Source: Mobula hypostoma (taxonomy: Eukaryota). Taken from it: 64,000 nt of DNA. Both the position numbers and the translations under genes were made by a program. Each line of letters starts with the position of its first letter. Position 1 is the first letter of the stretch. This document shows, piece by piece, positions 37,817 through 51,489 of the stretch. Where the stretch lies: contig NC_086097.1 of NCBI RefSeq assembly GCF_963921235.1, positions 91,576,001-91,640,000 on the forward strand, given 5' to 3'. The notes under the pieces were generated by a model, which worked only from the letters and a program-made list of their open reading frames with translations, made no database searches and was not told the DNA's origin.

Positions 37817-39067
37817 AGATCTATCCAAGGTGCACCATATTGATACAATTACGAAGAAGGCACTACAGTAGCTGTACTTCATTAGGAGTTTGAGTAGATT
37901 TGGTACGTCACAAAAGATTTTAGCACATTTCTACAAAAGTACCGTGAAGAGCATTCTAGTTGGTTGAATAACCATCTGGTATGGAGGGGCAACGGCATAA
38001 GATCAGAATAAACTGCAGAAAGTTGTAAACTCAGCTAGCTCCATTGAAGACACCTTCAAAAGTCAGTGCCTCAAGAAGGCAGCATCTATCATTAAGGAAC
38101 TTCACCATCTAGAACATGCCCTCTTCTCATTGCTACCATCAGGGGAGAGATACAGGAGCCTGAAGACACACACTCAACAGTTTTAAGAACAATTTCTTCT
38201 CCTCCACCATCAAATTTCTGAAGGACCAATAACCCATACACACAACCTCGCTTTTTGCTTTCTTTTTCCACATTTTTTATATATTTCACACTGTAACTTA
38301 CAGTAATTTTTAATGTATTGCACTGTACTGCTGCTGCAAAACAAATTTCATGACATACATCAGTGATAATAATTCTAATTCTGATTTACTGTCTAGAACA
38401 TAAGAGGTAGGAAACAAAATTGAATAACGGTTCTGTGGATCATCTTTATTCATCCTTTATTTTATGCTCCACTCGTGCTCAGTTGTCAGTGTTACTGAGG
38501 AGCACAGCTTTTCAGATCCTTTTTATTTTTGGCCTCCAGCATCGCTGTAATAATTCTTAATGGAAGCATAAGGAAAACCTTTTTGTCTTTAGAGGTCATT
38601 CTACAACTTTTTAGCCTTGACACAGACAGCATTTGCCTGATATATCTTGTGCTTTCTTTTATTATTTAACAACTAAACTACCTACACAAATACTCAATGA
38701 GTGCAGATGCTTAAAGACAATTTTCCTGCCAAAACAAAATCAACATGAAGGCTGCATACAGGTTACCATCACCTGACTTATGGACAACCCTACGTAAAAG
38801 CAAGCTCATGTTATTAAATTATAAAATCTGACGTACAAATGGTAGATCTCTCTCCAATTTTGTAATTGTTCTTTTAGCCTTGTATGCGTTTCATTGCTAT
38901 ACCACTGAGTGACCCTTGCACATTTTCTGACTTCAGCACAAAATCGACTTAAGAAAGTCTGGTAAACCAGTTCGCTAACTGGGGACGGCAATAGAAAAAG
39001 GCACTTTCAGGCATTATGGTATATTATGAGCTACTTTACAATATTTTCAATTGTGAAATGAACATAC

Positions 39068-39222
39068 CAAGAGGAATAATGAGAAACCTCATGTAGCCAA
39101 ACCAGTCAGGTGTCTTGTGCGACAGCTGCTCCACAAAGAGCCGTAGAATAGCACTCAGGAAATGCTGGGCTCCTGCCACAGTCACTTTAATGGGATTTGG
39201 AGTTTGGGAGTTACAGTTACAG
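39068..39222 (-). CDS. PACS2: PACS2 coding exon ([51 protein letters not shown])
   Basis: 155 nt, tttcag| acceptor, |gtatgt donor; phase 2/1; close to recalled PACS2 [26 protein letters not shown]. Confidence 0.96.
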
Positions 39223-40294
39223 CTGAAAACAAAGGAAAATTGGTGTCTGTATTAAAAAAAATGCAGCCTTAACAAAAGCTAACACACAAGTGCAAGTTTT
39301 AACATTAAATTATCTCAAGGTTCATTTCAAACAAAATCTGACATCGAGCCATTGGAAGTGGTATTATTGCAGATCATGTAATAATGAAGACTGAGGTCAT
39401 CTGGTTGAGCAAGTTTGTGCTGGCTTTTGGAAAGAGAAATCATGATCATATACTTCCTTTGCCTCATAACCCTTTATGTTCTTCATCTTCTGTTTGCTGT
39501 CTATTCCTCTTCAAAATTTATGAATCAGCTGCTGCTACTTTTTTCCAGACAGTATTGCACATCCCAATAGGTATCATTGAAAAAAAACTTGAATTTTGGT
39601 CTGAGTTTAATTTTTCTTTTCTTATTCCAACAAAAGCTCTTGCTGGTAGATTGCTTTTTTCCCCCAAGGATTACAATGCCAACATTTCCTCTTAATTAGA
39701 TTTGTTTGCATTACTATCTTTGTATCTTTATTAATATTCCAATTAGGGCATAAGAAGTGTTTCTTTTCAGTTAAAGGATAATGCATTGGCTTTTATTTTT
39801 ACATTTATAAACCATCTCATCAACATGGCCTTCCACCTAGTGCCTTTTGATTATATACAAGTACCAAGATATGTAGCCACGTAGTTTTCAAGATACTGCC
39901 ATTTGTGATATGTTTCCATTTTCACTCTTCATAAGTCATCACTACTTCACACCTACCGACACTATGCCCATGTCATTCTGAGGCCTCTAACTATCCTTAT
40001 CACTACTACTTAGCCAGTTTTTTAAACTTCTACACATTTTATAACATCAGCCACGTATCAACATTGCAAAGCAAAAGTGACATTTGCAAATCTTTTAGCC
40101 TCCTCCCCCAGCCGTCTGAAAACATCCATCACCGATCACCCTCAGCTTCATGTTACTAAGCAAGTTTATCTATTAGTATTCCAATAATTCTGTTAATTCT
40201 TCAGCCACTTATAATTTTCATCGCTCTTGTTGAACATCTTCAAGAACTTAATATAAAAATCAGTATTGCTTTGTTTATTTAAAAGACACTGCAA

Positions 40295-40630
40295 CAGCTC
40301 CACCATTCAATCATGGCTGATTTATTTTTCAGCCCTATTCTCCTGCCTTCTCCTTCTTACCAATCAAGAACCTATCAATCTTTTCCTTAAATATACCCAA
40401 TGATGTGGCCTCCACAGCCCTCTGTGGCAACAAATTCCACAGGCTCACCATCATCTGGCTGAAAAAATGTCTGCTCCATTTCAAAGGGACATTCTGTTAT
40501 TCTGAGATCCCGGACTCTCCTACCAGAGGAAACATCCTTTCTCTGTCCACTTTATCTAGGCTTTTCAGTATCTGGTACATGTCAATGAGATCTACCCTTA
40601 TTCTTCTGTACTTCTTCAACTGAAGGCCAG
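40295..40630 (-). mobile_element. Old CR1 3' fragment
   Basis: caccattcaatcatggctgat...ctctgtggcaacaaattccacag, the reverse complement of CR1 ORF2 end/3'UTR as seen at 42850-43060. Confidence 0.7.
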
Positions 40631-40904
40631 AGACACCTGTTGCATTAATGAACTATATCTTTGGATTAGTCAGACTGAACTTAATACAATCGATGTTGAT
40701 GATTTCCCTAGTTCTTTTAGTTCTTCCTGTTACTTTACTGGCTCATTTACTGTCTCCCCTTTCTTTACACTACAAATTCTTCAGTTTTCTATCATTAATT
40801 CTGAAAATTAAAATAATTGAGACCAATGTTTTTACCTTCCTTTGTAGTTTTCGGCAATTATGGATGCATTCCAGTTGAACTAGGTGATTTATGAAGTTTT
40901 CAAA

Positions 40905-41130
40905 TCAAATGGTTCAACTTAATATCAGAAAATGTATACAGTATACAACCTGAAATTCTTACTCTTCACGAAGACATCCACGAAACAAGAAACCCCCAAA
41001 ACCCAAATCCTCTTCCCCCTACCCGCACAAACAACAGAAACATTGACCCTCCCACCACTTGCACCAACAGAAGCACCATTCTCTCTCCCCAACGTGCAGG
41101 CAATAGCAAAAGGCCCCAAAGAGACCGTGA
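40905..41130 (-). mobile_element. Non-autonomous interspersed repeat (same family as 10405-10730)
   Basis: Both ORF-track peptides begin MYTVYNLKFLL (10510..10692 minus, 40932..41192 plus), showing shared sequence in opposite orientation. Confidence 0.6.
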
Positions 41131-41537
41131 TTTGGAGTCCATCAAGTTTTGATAATGATTTTTCAATAAAACCTAAAGTCTGGTCAGAGTGATATGCTTT
41201 AAGCCACTTCTTAAGAGATGGTACAAATTAAAGATCTAGGGTGAGAGTTCTAACACAAAATGCTTTTGTTGAGAAAGGAATTACTGCCAATGGTTGATAG
41301 TGTGAAAGAAACTGGAATTAAAAGAGCATAGAAAATCTGTAAATATGAGAAAGTCTGCAAATGCTGGAAATCCAATGCTGGAAAACACATATAAAACTCA
41401 GGAGGAACTCAGCAGATCAGACAGCATCAATGGAAATGAATAAATAGTCAAGGTTTTGGGCCGAGAAAATAGATCACTGAGATAAGGATGAGATAAGTTA
41501 TGCTAATCCTTAAAGGACGAACATATTTAAATCAAGA

Positions 41538-43090
41538 TAATCCTAGAGTGCTTAAGGAAGTATCCCAAGAAATAGTGGATGCATTAGTGATAATTTTTCA
41601 AAACTCGTTAGATTCTAGACTAGTTCCTGAGGATTGGAGGGTGGCTAATGTAACTCCACTTTTTAAAAAAGGAGGGAGAGAGAAACCAGGGAATTATAGA
41701 CCGGTTAGCCTAACGTCGGTGGTGGGGAAACTGCTGGAGTCAGTTATCAAGGATGTGATAACAGCACATTTGAAAAGCGGTGAAATCATCGGACAAAGTC
41801 AGCATGGATTTGTGAAAGGAAAATCATGTCTGACGAATCTCATAGAATTTTTTGAGGATGTAACTAGTAGAGTGGATAGGGGAGAACCAGTGGATGTGGT
41901 ATATTTGGATTTTCAAAAGGCTTTTGACAAGGTCCCACACAGGAGATTAGTGTGCAAACTTAAAGCACACGGTATTGGGGGTAAGGTATTGGTGTGGGTG
42001 GAGAATTGGTTAGCAGACAGGAAGCAAAGAGTGGGAATAAACGGGACCTTTTCAGAATGGCAGGCGGTGACTAGTGGGGTACCGCAAGGCTCAGTGCTGG
42101 GACCCCAGTTGTTTACAATATATATTAATGACTTGGATGAGGGAATTAAATGCAGCATCTCCAAGTTTGCGGATGACACGAAGCTGGGTGGCAGTGTTAG
42201 CTGTGAGGAGGATGCAGGGTGACTTGGATAGGTTGGGTGAGTGGGCAAATTCATGGCAGATGCAATTTAATGTGGATAAATGTGAAGTTATCCACTTTGG
42301 TGGCAAAAATAGGAAAACAGATTATCTGAATGGTGGCCAATTAGGAAAAGGGGAGGTGCAATGAGACCTGGGTGTCATTATACACCAGTCATTGAAAGTG
42401 GGCATGCAGGTACAGCAGGCGGTGAAAGAGGCAAATGGTATGCTGGCATTTATAGCAAGAGGATTCGAGTACAGGAGCAGGGAGGTACTACTGCAGTTGT
42501 ACAAGGCCTTGGTGAGACCACACCTGGAGTATTGTGTGCAGTTTTGGTCCCCTAATCTGAGGAAAGACATCCTTGCCATAGAGGGAGTACAAAGAAGGTT
42601 CACCAGATTGATTCCTGGGATGGCAGGACTTTCACATGAAGAAAGACTGGATGAACGGGGCTTGTACTCATTGGAATTTAGAAGATTGAGGGGGGATCTG
42701 ATTGAAACGTATAAAATCCTAAAGGGATTGGACGGGCTAGATGCAGGAAGATTGTTCCCAATGTTGGGGAAGTCCAGAACGAGGGGCCACAGTTTGAGGA
42801 TAGAGGGGAAGCCTTTTAGGACCGAGATTAGGAAAAACTTCTTCACACAGAGAGTGGTGAATCTGTGGAATTCTCTGCCACAGGAAACAGTTGAGGCCAG
42901 TTCATTGGCTATATTTAAGAGGGAGTTAGATATGGCCCTTGTGGCTACAGGGGTCAGGGGGTATGGAGGGAAGGCTGGGGCAGGGTTCTGAGTTGGATGA
43001 TCAGCCATGATCATAATAAATGGCAGTGCAGGCTCGAAGGGCCAAATGGCCTACTCCTGCACCTATTTTCTATGTTTCTATGTTTCTATG
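41538..43090 (+). mobile_element. Young 5'-truncated CR1 LINE
   Basis: RT ORF 41500..42222 ([29 protein letters not shown]), C-terminal ORF 42392..42991, tail (TTTCTATG)3. Confidence 0.95.
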
Positions 43091-43094
43091 TAAA

Positions 43095-43336
43095 TAATGA
43101 GACAGAGGAGGGTCAGTGGTGTTGTAAACTTGGATTATCAGAAGGCGTTTGATAAGATGCTGCACATGAAGCTTGCTTAACAAGATAAGAGCCCATGGTA
43201 TTTCAGGAAAGATACTCAAATGGATAGAGCATTGGCTGATTGGCAGGAGGCAAAGAGTGGGAGTATAGGGAGCCTTTCTGAATTGGCTGCTGGTGACAAG
43301 TAGAGTTCCACAGTTTTCTATGTTTCTATGTTTCTA
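43095..43336 (+). mobile_element. CR1 RT internal fragment capped by (TTTCTATG)n
   Basis: LDYQKAFDK...VTSRVPQ immediately followed by ttttctatgtttctatgtttcta. Confidence 0.7.
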
Positions 43337-43974
43337 TAATGTTTAATCAGAAAGTTATGAGGACCCATGTGAAGATTGAATAGATCAAGTGTAAATGATA
43401 TTGTAGGAAGGAGAATTTCAACACGTTCGAGTGAAGAGAGGATGGTCAGATTTATGCTGGAAGAGTTCCTTAATAATGGGGATTTCAACAACAGGTGAGC
43501 CGAATCTGGGGCTGCATTAAGCAGCTCAAATCTAAAATAGTTACGAGTGTAAGTGTGGAAGTCCAAGTTCCTCCTTGTATGCATCCTCTGTGCTTGGCTC
43601 AAAGAACAAGTTAACTTGTTGCAGACTTGGTGTTGATTTCAGTCAATGCCCCTCATTACACAAGTCAAAAATAGCTACATATCAAACTATCCAATTCTTG
43701 TCTTGGGCAAAATGCCTGGACATTATTTATGGGCTCCAACAAGGCTATGAAGAGCAATTTGTCACACAGAGCCAAAACACAGCATCACAGTAGACAGTGC
43801 AGCTAAATCAGGTTACCACTGTTTTTTATGTCATTACTGGGATTCTTCACATTGTCAAGCAGCAGCAGCACTGGTTGCTCTGAATTAAGCAGAGATGGAC
43901 ACAGAGTCTATAGAAGTGAGGCAAAGCAGCATCAACTTCATGGATTCTGTGCATATTAGAGGAGTAGGTATTTG

Positions 43975-45550
43975 CTATCCCGAGGCAAGTCAAGATGGAT
44001 AAATCCCCAGGGCTGACAGAATTTCCTTTGGATTCTACAGGAGGCAAGTGCAAAAATTGCTGGGCCCCTAACAGAGAACATTTAAATCATCCTTAGTAAT
44101 GGGAGAGGTACCAGTGGATTGGAGGATAGCCAATGTTGTTCCACTGTTTAAAAAGGTTCCAAGCAAATAAAAGGGGAAATTATAGGCTGATGAGTCTGAC
44201 ATCAGTTGTGGGAAAGTTACTGGAAGGTATTTGAAGAGACTGGATATCTAAGTATTTGAATAGACATGGTCTGATTAAGGATAGTCAGCATGGCTTTGTT
44301 CATGATAGGTGATGTCTAACCAATCTTAAAGAGCTTTTCAAGGAAGTTTTACCAGGAAAGTTGATGAAGACAAGGCAGTAGATGTTGTCTACGTGGACTT
44401 TACCAAGGCATTTGACAACGTACACCATGGGAGGTTGGTCAAAAAAGTTCAGGCACCTGGCATTCTGGAAAAGGTAGCAAATTGGATTAAACGTTGGCCT
44501 TGTGGGAGAAACCAGAGAGTGGTAGTAGAAGGTGCCTCTCTGACTGGAGGCCTGTGACTAGTGGAGTGCTGCAGGAATTAGCGCTGGGTCCTTTGTTGTT
44601 TGTCATCTATATCAATGATCTGGATGATAATGTGGTTAATTTGATCAGCAAATTTGCAGATGACACCAAGATAGGGATGGAGTAGACAGTGAGGAAGGCT
44701 ATCATGGCATGCAGAGAAAATGGTATCAGCTGGAAAAATAGACTAAAAAATGGCAGATGGAAATCAATGCAGACAAATGTGAGGTCTTGCACTTTCGGTA
44801 GGACTAACCAAGGTAGGTTTTATACAATGAACACTGAGGAGTGTGGTAGAACAAAGGGATCTGGGAATTTAGGTCCTTAATTCTTTGAAAGTGGCATCAC
44901 AGGTAGGTAGGGTCATAAAGAAAGCATTTGGCACATTGGCCTTCATAGATTAATGTATTGAGTACAGGAGGTAGCATGTTGAAGTTGTTGAAGACGTTGG
45001 TGAGGCCTAATTTGGAGTATTGTGTGCAATTCTGGTCACTTGCCTACAGGAAAGATGGAAATAAGGTTGAACAAGTACAGAAAAAAATTTACAAGGATGT
45101 GCCAGGTCTGGAGGACCTGAGTTATAAAGAAAGATTGAATAGGTTAGGACTGTATTCTTTAGAATGTAGACGATGAAGAGGAGATTCATTAAGGTATACA
45201 AAATTATGAGGGGTATAGATAAGGTTAATGCAAGCAAGCTTTTTCCACTGAAGTTGAGTGGGATTACAAACAAAGGTAATTGGTTAAAGGTGAAAGGTGA
45301 GAAGTTTAAGTGCAACAGGAGGGGAAACTTCTTCACTTAGAAGGTCGTGGGAGTATGGAATGAGCTGCCAGCACAATTGGTGCATGCGAGCTAGATTTCA
45401 AGATTTAAGTTAAGTTTGGATAGGTACATGGATAGTCAGGGTATAGAGGGCTATGGCCCTGGTGCAGGTTGCTAGGAGTAGGCAGTTTAAATCATTTTGG
45501 CATGGACTAGATTGCCAAAGGCCCTGTTTCTGTGCTTTACTTCTCTATGA
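43975..45550 (+). mobile_element. 5'-truncated degraded CR1 LINE
   Basis: [37 protein letters not shown] and LVRPNLEYCVQFWS; tail cttctctatga. Confidence 0.9.
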
Positions 45551-46200
45551 TTTCCTTCTTGAATAATAGAACATCAGTCACTCTTCTGTCCTCTGGGACC
45601 TTGTCTGTGGCTAGAGAGGACACAAAGATGTTGGTAAAGGTCCCAGCAATCTATTCTCTTGACTCTCTCAATAACCTGGGGTATATCCCATCAGGCCCTG
45701 CAGACTGATCCATTTTAATGCTCTTTAAGATACCCAACACTACCCCCTCCTTTATCCTACCCTCTCCCTAGTCATCCTCTTACTCTTAGCGTATGTACAG
45801 ACTGCCTTGGGATTCACTTTAATCCTACTTGCCAAGGTTTTTTTTCCATAGCCACACCTGGATTTCCCAATTCCTTTCCCGAGTTCTTTTCAGGCTTCTT
45901 TATAATCCTCAAGGGTTCGGTTTCATTCTAGCTTCTGAAGCTTTACATACTTCTCTTCTTGACTAAATTCATCACCTCTCTCAACATCCAAGGTTCTCTT
46001 ACCTTGCCATCCTTGTCCTTCCTTCTGACTGGAACATACCTGTCCTGTACTCTTGGTCTTCAAACACCTTCCACAGGTTAGGAGTGGACTTGCAGAAAAA
46101 CAGCTGTTCCCAATTAACTCTCTCTAGTTCCTACCTAATGCTCTTGTATTTTTCCCTGCTCTAATTTAATACTCTCCCACAAGGTCCAAGCAATATGCTT
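45551..46200 (-). mobile_element. Old CR1 ORF2 internal fragment
   Basis: Reverse complement resembles the EN-RT linker (gggcctgatgggatataccccagg; gtgaatcccaaggca). Confidence 0.7.
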
Positions 46201-47589
46201 AAGCAGCCTCAGTGCAGGGCTGCCTGTGGTGGAAAGGAAGGGGAATGTCCTTTGCCCACAGGAGGCAAGGAGGCCGTCCAGAGAAACTAGTGGCAAGGGT
46301 TCACTGAGGAGATAAGTGACTTCAACCAAACATCAAAGACCTGACAACAGTGCATCAAAAAAAATCAACGATCTTATACATTTTACATAGTATTTAAAAG
46401 TTATACATTTTTAAATACCATGTTGCAAAGCTATTTTAAAGCTCACTCACTGTCAGTAATTCAATGTGAAATGTCACTCCTGCACAGTTGACAGGCCCAG
46501 ACCACCTCCATCACCCCACTCCACAGGGGAAATGGCAACGTCCATATTTTGGGCAGCAGTAACTGAGAAAAATAGTTGAAACTACTGACAATCATTGAAT
46601 CATGGCACTCTAATCCTGCTTCTTATAGCTCATACTTTCTTCTCATTTGCAGCCTGTAGGTGGTGTAAGCATGCCGCTCTTACCAGCCCAAATGCACGCC
46701 AAACCCTAGACAACGGGCTCTTTAAGTTTTCTATTAAGTTCAACTGAACTAACGGTATGCCAGCCAAAATAGAGCAAAGCTGAAAATACACTAAATGCTC
46801 CATTTAGCAATGCTTAGCCATCAGTGCAGATATACAGTGACACAACGTAACTTAGAGATCAACTTAAAGATAGAGAGAGACAGGGCAGAATATTAGATTC
46901 TGCAATTTAACAGCCCCGCTTTGTTCCTCAATTCTAACCAAACAGGTTTTGCCTCCAAACTATCACTTGCATTATTACTATAACTGTATCAATTCCCTGT
47001 GGCTTTTCTACCTGCCTGGGCACAACCTAGGAATATCACGCTTTATCAGAGCGTGGTGACAGCATGCGTTCAAGCAACACGTGACAGACCCAATTACATA
47101 ATTCAGCCTGATATTTTAGTACATCAATGAAGGGCAGCTGCACCACTATATCAGCAAGTCTTACCACTATCCACCATAAAAGGAGGATACAAATAAAGAC
47201 CATATAACTTCCGCGCCAATATTTACCCTTCACCACCAAAACACTCATTGGGTCATTGTTGCTAGTCGAAGCTTGCTATATGCAAGTTATTTGGTTACAT
47301 CTACAGTGTCTTGCAAAGGTATTCAGCCCCCACAACTATTTCCACATTTTACTGTCCCATTTTCTAAATTTAAAATGTATTGAAATAGGATTATTTAAGG
47401 TAATCTACAAAACATTGTGCATCATGTCAAAACAAAAAAAAATTCCAAAAGATGTCAAAGATTTACCAAAATTGAAAAAAAAACTGTGGGGCTGAAAAAG
47501 TATTCATCCCCTTTCCTAACATTCCTCAGGTGCAATATACTGTATTACCTTACCAACTCACCCAATGTGTGATGTAGAAAATTGATCAA

Positions 47590-47755
47590 AATAGGATATT
47601 TTAAGAGATTCCTGGTTAGGTACATGGAGCTTAGAAAAATAGAGGGCTATGGGTAACCCTAGGTAATTTCTAAAGTAAGTACATGTTCGGCACAGCATTG
47701 TGGGCCGAAGGGCCTGTATTGTGCTGTAGGTTTTCTATGCTTCTATGTTTCTACG
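47590..47755 (+). mobile_element. Very short CR1 3' end inside the Tc1
   Basis: Close to 51205-51349 (atagagggctatgggtaaccctaggtaatttcta...); tail ttttctatgcttctatgtttcta. Confidence 0.85.
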
Positions 47756-48354
47756 TTAGCTGTTTTCAAATAATTCGTAAGAATAAATACCCCTCTCTTT
47801 GTAAGGTCTAACACACTAAACCAAAATGAAGCCAAAAGTCAGGGAAATTATAATAAAAAAGCAGAAATATGGGGAAGAGTACTATTCCATTTCAAAGGCA
47901 CTAAACATGCCTTGGAGCTCAGTACCGTCCAGCATGAAAAGTGGTAGAATATGAAACCAGCCACATTGCCTAGGTCAGGCTGCCCCTCTAAACTTAGTCA
48001 CAGGAGAAGAATGGCTATTGTAAGTGAGGCTGCTGAGATGCCAACAGTCACACTGAGTGATTTGCAGAAGTCAGTAGCTGCAAATGGAGATAAAGTACTC
48101 TAAGGCCTTGAACGAAAATAATATTTATGAGTGGCAAGGAAGAAGTCCTGCCTAAAAAAATGTATATTCTTATCTGTAAAAAATTTTCAAAGCTTCATAT
48201 TGAAGATGATATAAAAATGTGCAAGAAGGCCTTTAGTCGGATGAGACTAAAGTGGAACTTTTTTGGCCTCAATACTATGTGATACGTGTGACATATATTT
48301 AATGCTGTGCATCAGCTAGGTAATACCATCCCTACTGTAGAGTATGGAGGATAT

Positions 48355-51300
48355 AGCATAAGACCATGAGATAAAGGAGCAGAATTAGGCCATTTCATCA
48401 TGACTGATCCATTTTTCCTCTCAGCCCCTATCTTCTGCCTTCCCTCCTTGACCAATCAAGAATCTGTCAACCTCTGCCTTAAATATACATAAAGACTTGG
48501 CCTCCACAGCCACTTGTGGTAACGATTTCCAGATTCACCACTTCCTAGCTAAAGGAATTCCTCCTCATCTCCATTCTAAAAGGTTGCTCCTCTATTCTGA
48601 GGCTGTGTCATCTGGTCCTAGACTCCCCCACCATAGGAAACATCATCTCCACATCCACTTGATCAAGGCCTTTCACCATTCGATAGGTTTCAATTAGGTC
48701 ACCCCTCACTCTTCTGAATTCTAAGCCCAGAGCCATCAAACGCTGTTCATATGCCAAGACGTTCAATCCTGGAATCATTTTTGTGAACCTCCTTTGAACC
48801 CTCTCCAGTGTCAGCACTTCCTTTCTAAGAGATTCAAAACTGCTCACAGTACTCCAAGTGAGGCCTCTCCAGTGCTTTATAAAGCCTCAACATGACATCC
48901 TTGCTTTTATATTCTAGTGCTTTTGAAATGAAGCCACTGCTTTTTCTATGCTAGTATCTTTCCTGTAGTACCATGGCTCTTACCTTGCTAAGCAGCCTCA
49001 TCAGTGGTATTTTATCAAACTCTTCTGAAAATCCAAGAACACAACATCAACCGATTCTCCTTTGTCAATCCCACTTGTTATTTCTTCAAAGAATTCTAAC
49101 AGATTTTTCAAACAGGAATTTCCCTTGAGGGAACCATGCTGACTATGGTCTATTTTATCATGTGCCTCAAAGTACCCCAGAACCACATCCTTAACAATCA
49201 ACTTCAACATCTTCCCAACCACTGAGGTCAGACTAACTGGCCTATAGTTTCTGTTCTTCCACCTCTCTCCTTTCTTGAAGAGAGGAGTGACATTTGCAAT
49301 TTTCCAGTCTTCCAAAACCATTCCAGAATCAAGTGATTCTTGAAAGATCATTACTAATGAGTATAGGAACCGTAGTGTACAAAGGCTGTTGAAAATCTAG
49401 TCAAGAAGAAAAGCTCACGAAAGGTTCAAAAACCTAGGTAATGATAGAGATCTAGAAGATTATAAGGCCAGCAGGAAGGAGCTTAAGAATGAAATTAGAA
49501 GAGCCAGAAGGGGCCATGAGAAGGCCTTGGCGAGCAGGATTAAAGAAAACCCCAAGGCATTCTACAAGTATGTGAAGAGCAAAGGATAAGATGTGAGAGA
49601 ATAGGACCAATCAAATGTGACAGTGGAAAAGTGTATATGGAACCGAAGGAGATAGCTGAGGTACTTAAGGAATACTTTGCTTCAGTATTCACTATGGAAA
49701 AGGTTCTTGGTGATTGTAGGGATGACTTACAGCAGATTGAAAGGCTTGGGCATGTAGACGTTAAGAAAGAGGATGTGTTGGAGCTTTTGGAAAGCATCAA
49801 GTTGGATAAGTCTCCAGGACCGGACGAGATATACCCCAGTGGGAGGTGAGGGAGGAGATTGCTGAGCCTCTGGCAATGATCTTTGCATCATCAATGAGGA
49901 CAGGGGAGGTTCCGGAGGATTGGAGGGTTGTAGGTGTTGTTCCTTTATTCAAGAAAGGAAGTAGAGATAGCCCAGGAAATTATAGACCAGTGAGTCTTAA
50001 TTCAGTGGCTGGTAAGTTGATGGAAAAGATCCTGAGAGGCAGGACTTATGAACGTTTGGAGAGACATAATATGATTAGGAATAGTCAGCATGACTTTGTC
50101 AAAGGCAGGTCGTATCTTATGAGCGTGATTGAATTTTTTGAGGATGTAACTAAACACATTGATGAAGGTAGAGCAGTAGATGTAGTGTATATGGATTTCA
50201 GCAAGGCATTTGATAAGGTACTCCATGCAAGGCTTATTAAAAAAGTAAGGAGGCATGGGGTCCAAGGGGACCATGCTTTGTGGATCCAGAACTGGCTTTC
50301 CCACAGAAGGCAAAGAGTGGTTGTAAATGGGTCATATCCTGCATGGAGGTCAGTGATCAGTGCTGTGTTTCAGCGATCTGTTCTGGGACCCCTTCTCTTT
50401 GTGGTTTTTATAAATGACCAGGATGAGAAAGTAGAGGGATGGGTTAGTAAATTTGCTGATGACACAAAGGTTGGGGGTGTTGTGGATAGTGTGGAGGGCT
50501 GTCAGAGGTTACAGCGGGACACTGATAAGATGCAAAATTGGGCTGATAAGTGGCAGATGGAGTACAACCCAGATAAGCGTGAAGTGGTTCATTTTGGTAG
50601 GTCAAATATGATGGCAGAATATAGCATTAATAGTAAGACTCTTGGCAGTGTGGAGGATCAGAGGGATGTTGGAGTCCGAGGCCATAGGACACTCAAAGCT
50701 GCTACGCAGGTTGACTCCATGGTTAAGGCGGCATACGGTGCATTGGCCTTCATCAACAATGGGATTGAGTTTAAGGGCCGAGAGGTAATGCTACAGCTAC
50801 TTAGGACTCTGGTCAGACCCACTTGGAGTACTGTGCTCAGTTCTGGTCCCCTCACTACAGGAAGGATGTGGAAACTATAGAAAGGGTGCAGAGATTTACA
50901 AGGATGTTGCCTGGATTGGGGAGCATGCCTTATGAGAATAGGTTGAGTGAACTCAGCCTTTTCTCCCTGGAGCAACAGAGGATGAGAGGTGACCTGATAG
51001 AGGTGGATAAGATGATGAGAGGCATTGATCGTATCGATGGTCAGAGGCTTTTTCCCAGGGCTGAAATGGCTATCACGAGGGCACAGTTTTAAGGTGCTTG
51101 GAAGTAGGTACAGAAGAGATGTCAGCGGTAAGTTTTTTTACACAGAGAGTGGTGAGTGAGTGGAATGGGCAGCTAGCAGTGGTGGTGGAGATGGATACAA
51201 TAGGGTCTTTTAAGAGACTCCTTATAGGTACATGGAACTAAATAGAGGGCTATGGGTAACCCTAGGTAATTTCTATAAAGAAAGTACATGTTCAGCACAG

Positions 51301-51470
51301 CATTGTGGGCTGAAGGGGCTGTATGGTGCTGTAGTTTCTCTATGTTTCTAATGGCTCCAAATCTCTTCAGCCACCTCTTTTAGAACCCTGGGGTGTACAC
51401 AATCTGGTCCAGGTGACTTATATACATTCAGACCTTTCAGTTTCCCAAGAACCACCTTTTGTAATTTGTA
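48355..51470 (-). mobile_element. CR1 fragment (minus) split by a younger plus-strand CR1
   Basis: ORFs 48608..48847 and 49001..49351 ([17 protein letters not shown]); upstream part PGPDCVHPRVLKEVAEEI resumes at 51350-51470. Confidence 0.85.
49360..51349 (+). mobile_element. 5'-truncated CR1 LINE nested in another CR1
   Basis: ORF 49846..50880 RT (PGNYRPV, DFSKAFD, KFADD); tail tttctctatgtttcta; ctaatg at both junctions (possible TSD). Confidence 0.93.
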
Positions 51471-51489
51471 GACCATATCCCGCTCAACG

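Larger units (their letters stand above)
30800..38385 (+). mobile_element. Degraded Rex1/Babar-like LINE (endonuclease + RT) split by the LTR element and a hAT fragment
   Basis: SGKGGGSGICITINSLWC, FPDELNAFYACFE and CFKFLGVNISED (interrupted at 32904, resumes at 37821 ctatcc as in the 26.6-kb copy); tail gataataattctaattctgatt. Confidence 0.8.

Noticed and set aside
41913..43014. Minus-strand ORFs of 113 and 230 aa (and similar ones opposite other CR1s)
   Set aside because: Antisense shadows of CR1 ORF2.
43408..43495. Possible plus-strand exon ending ACAG|GTGAGC
   Set aside because: No polypyrimidine tract, no recognisable peptide and no partner exons on the plus strand.
46451..46562. Minus-strand exon-like segment (tttttctcag|...|gtgagt, 112 nt)
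   Set aside because: Not a multiple of 3 and has an in-frame TGA in the PACS2 phase. It could only be a poison exon, and chance splice-like pairs are common, so there is no independent support.
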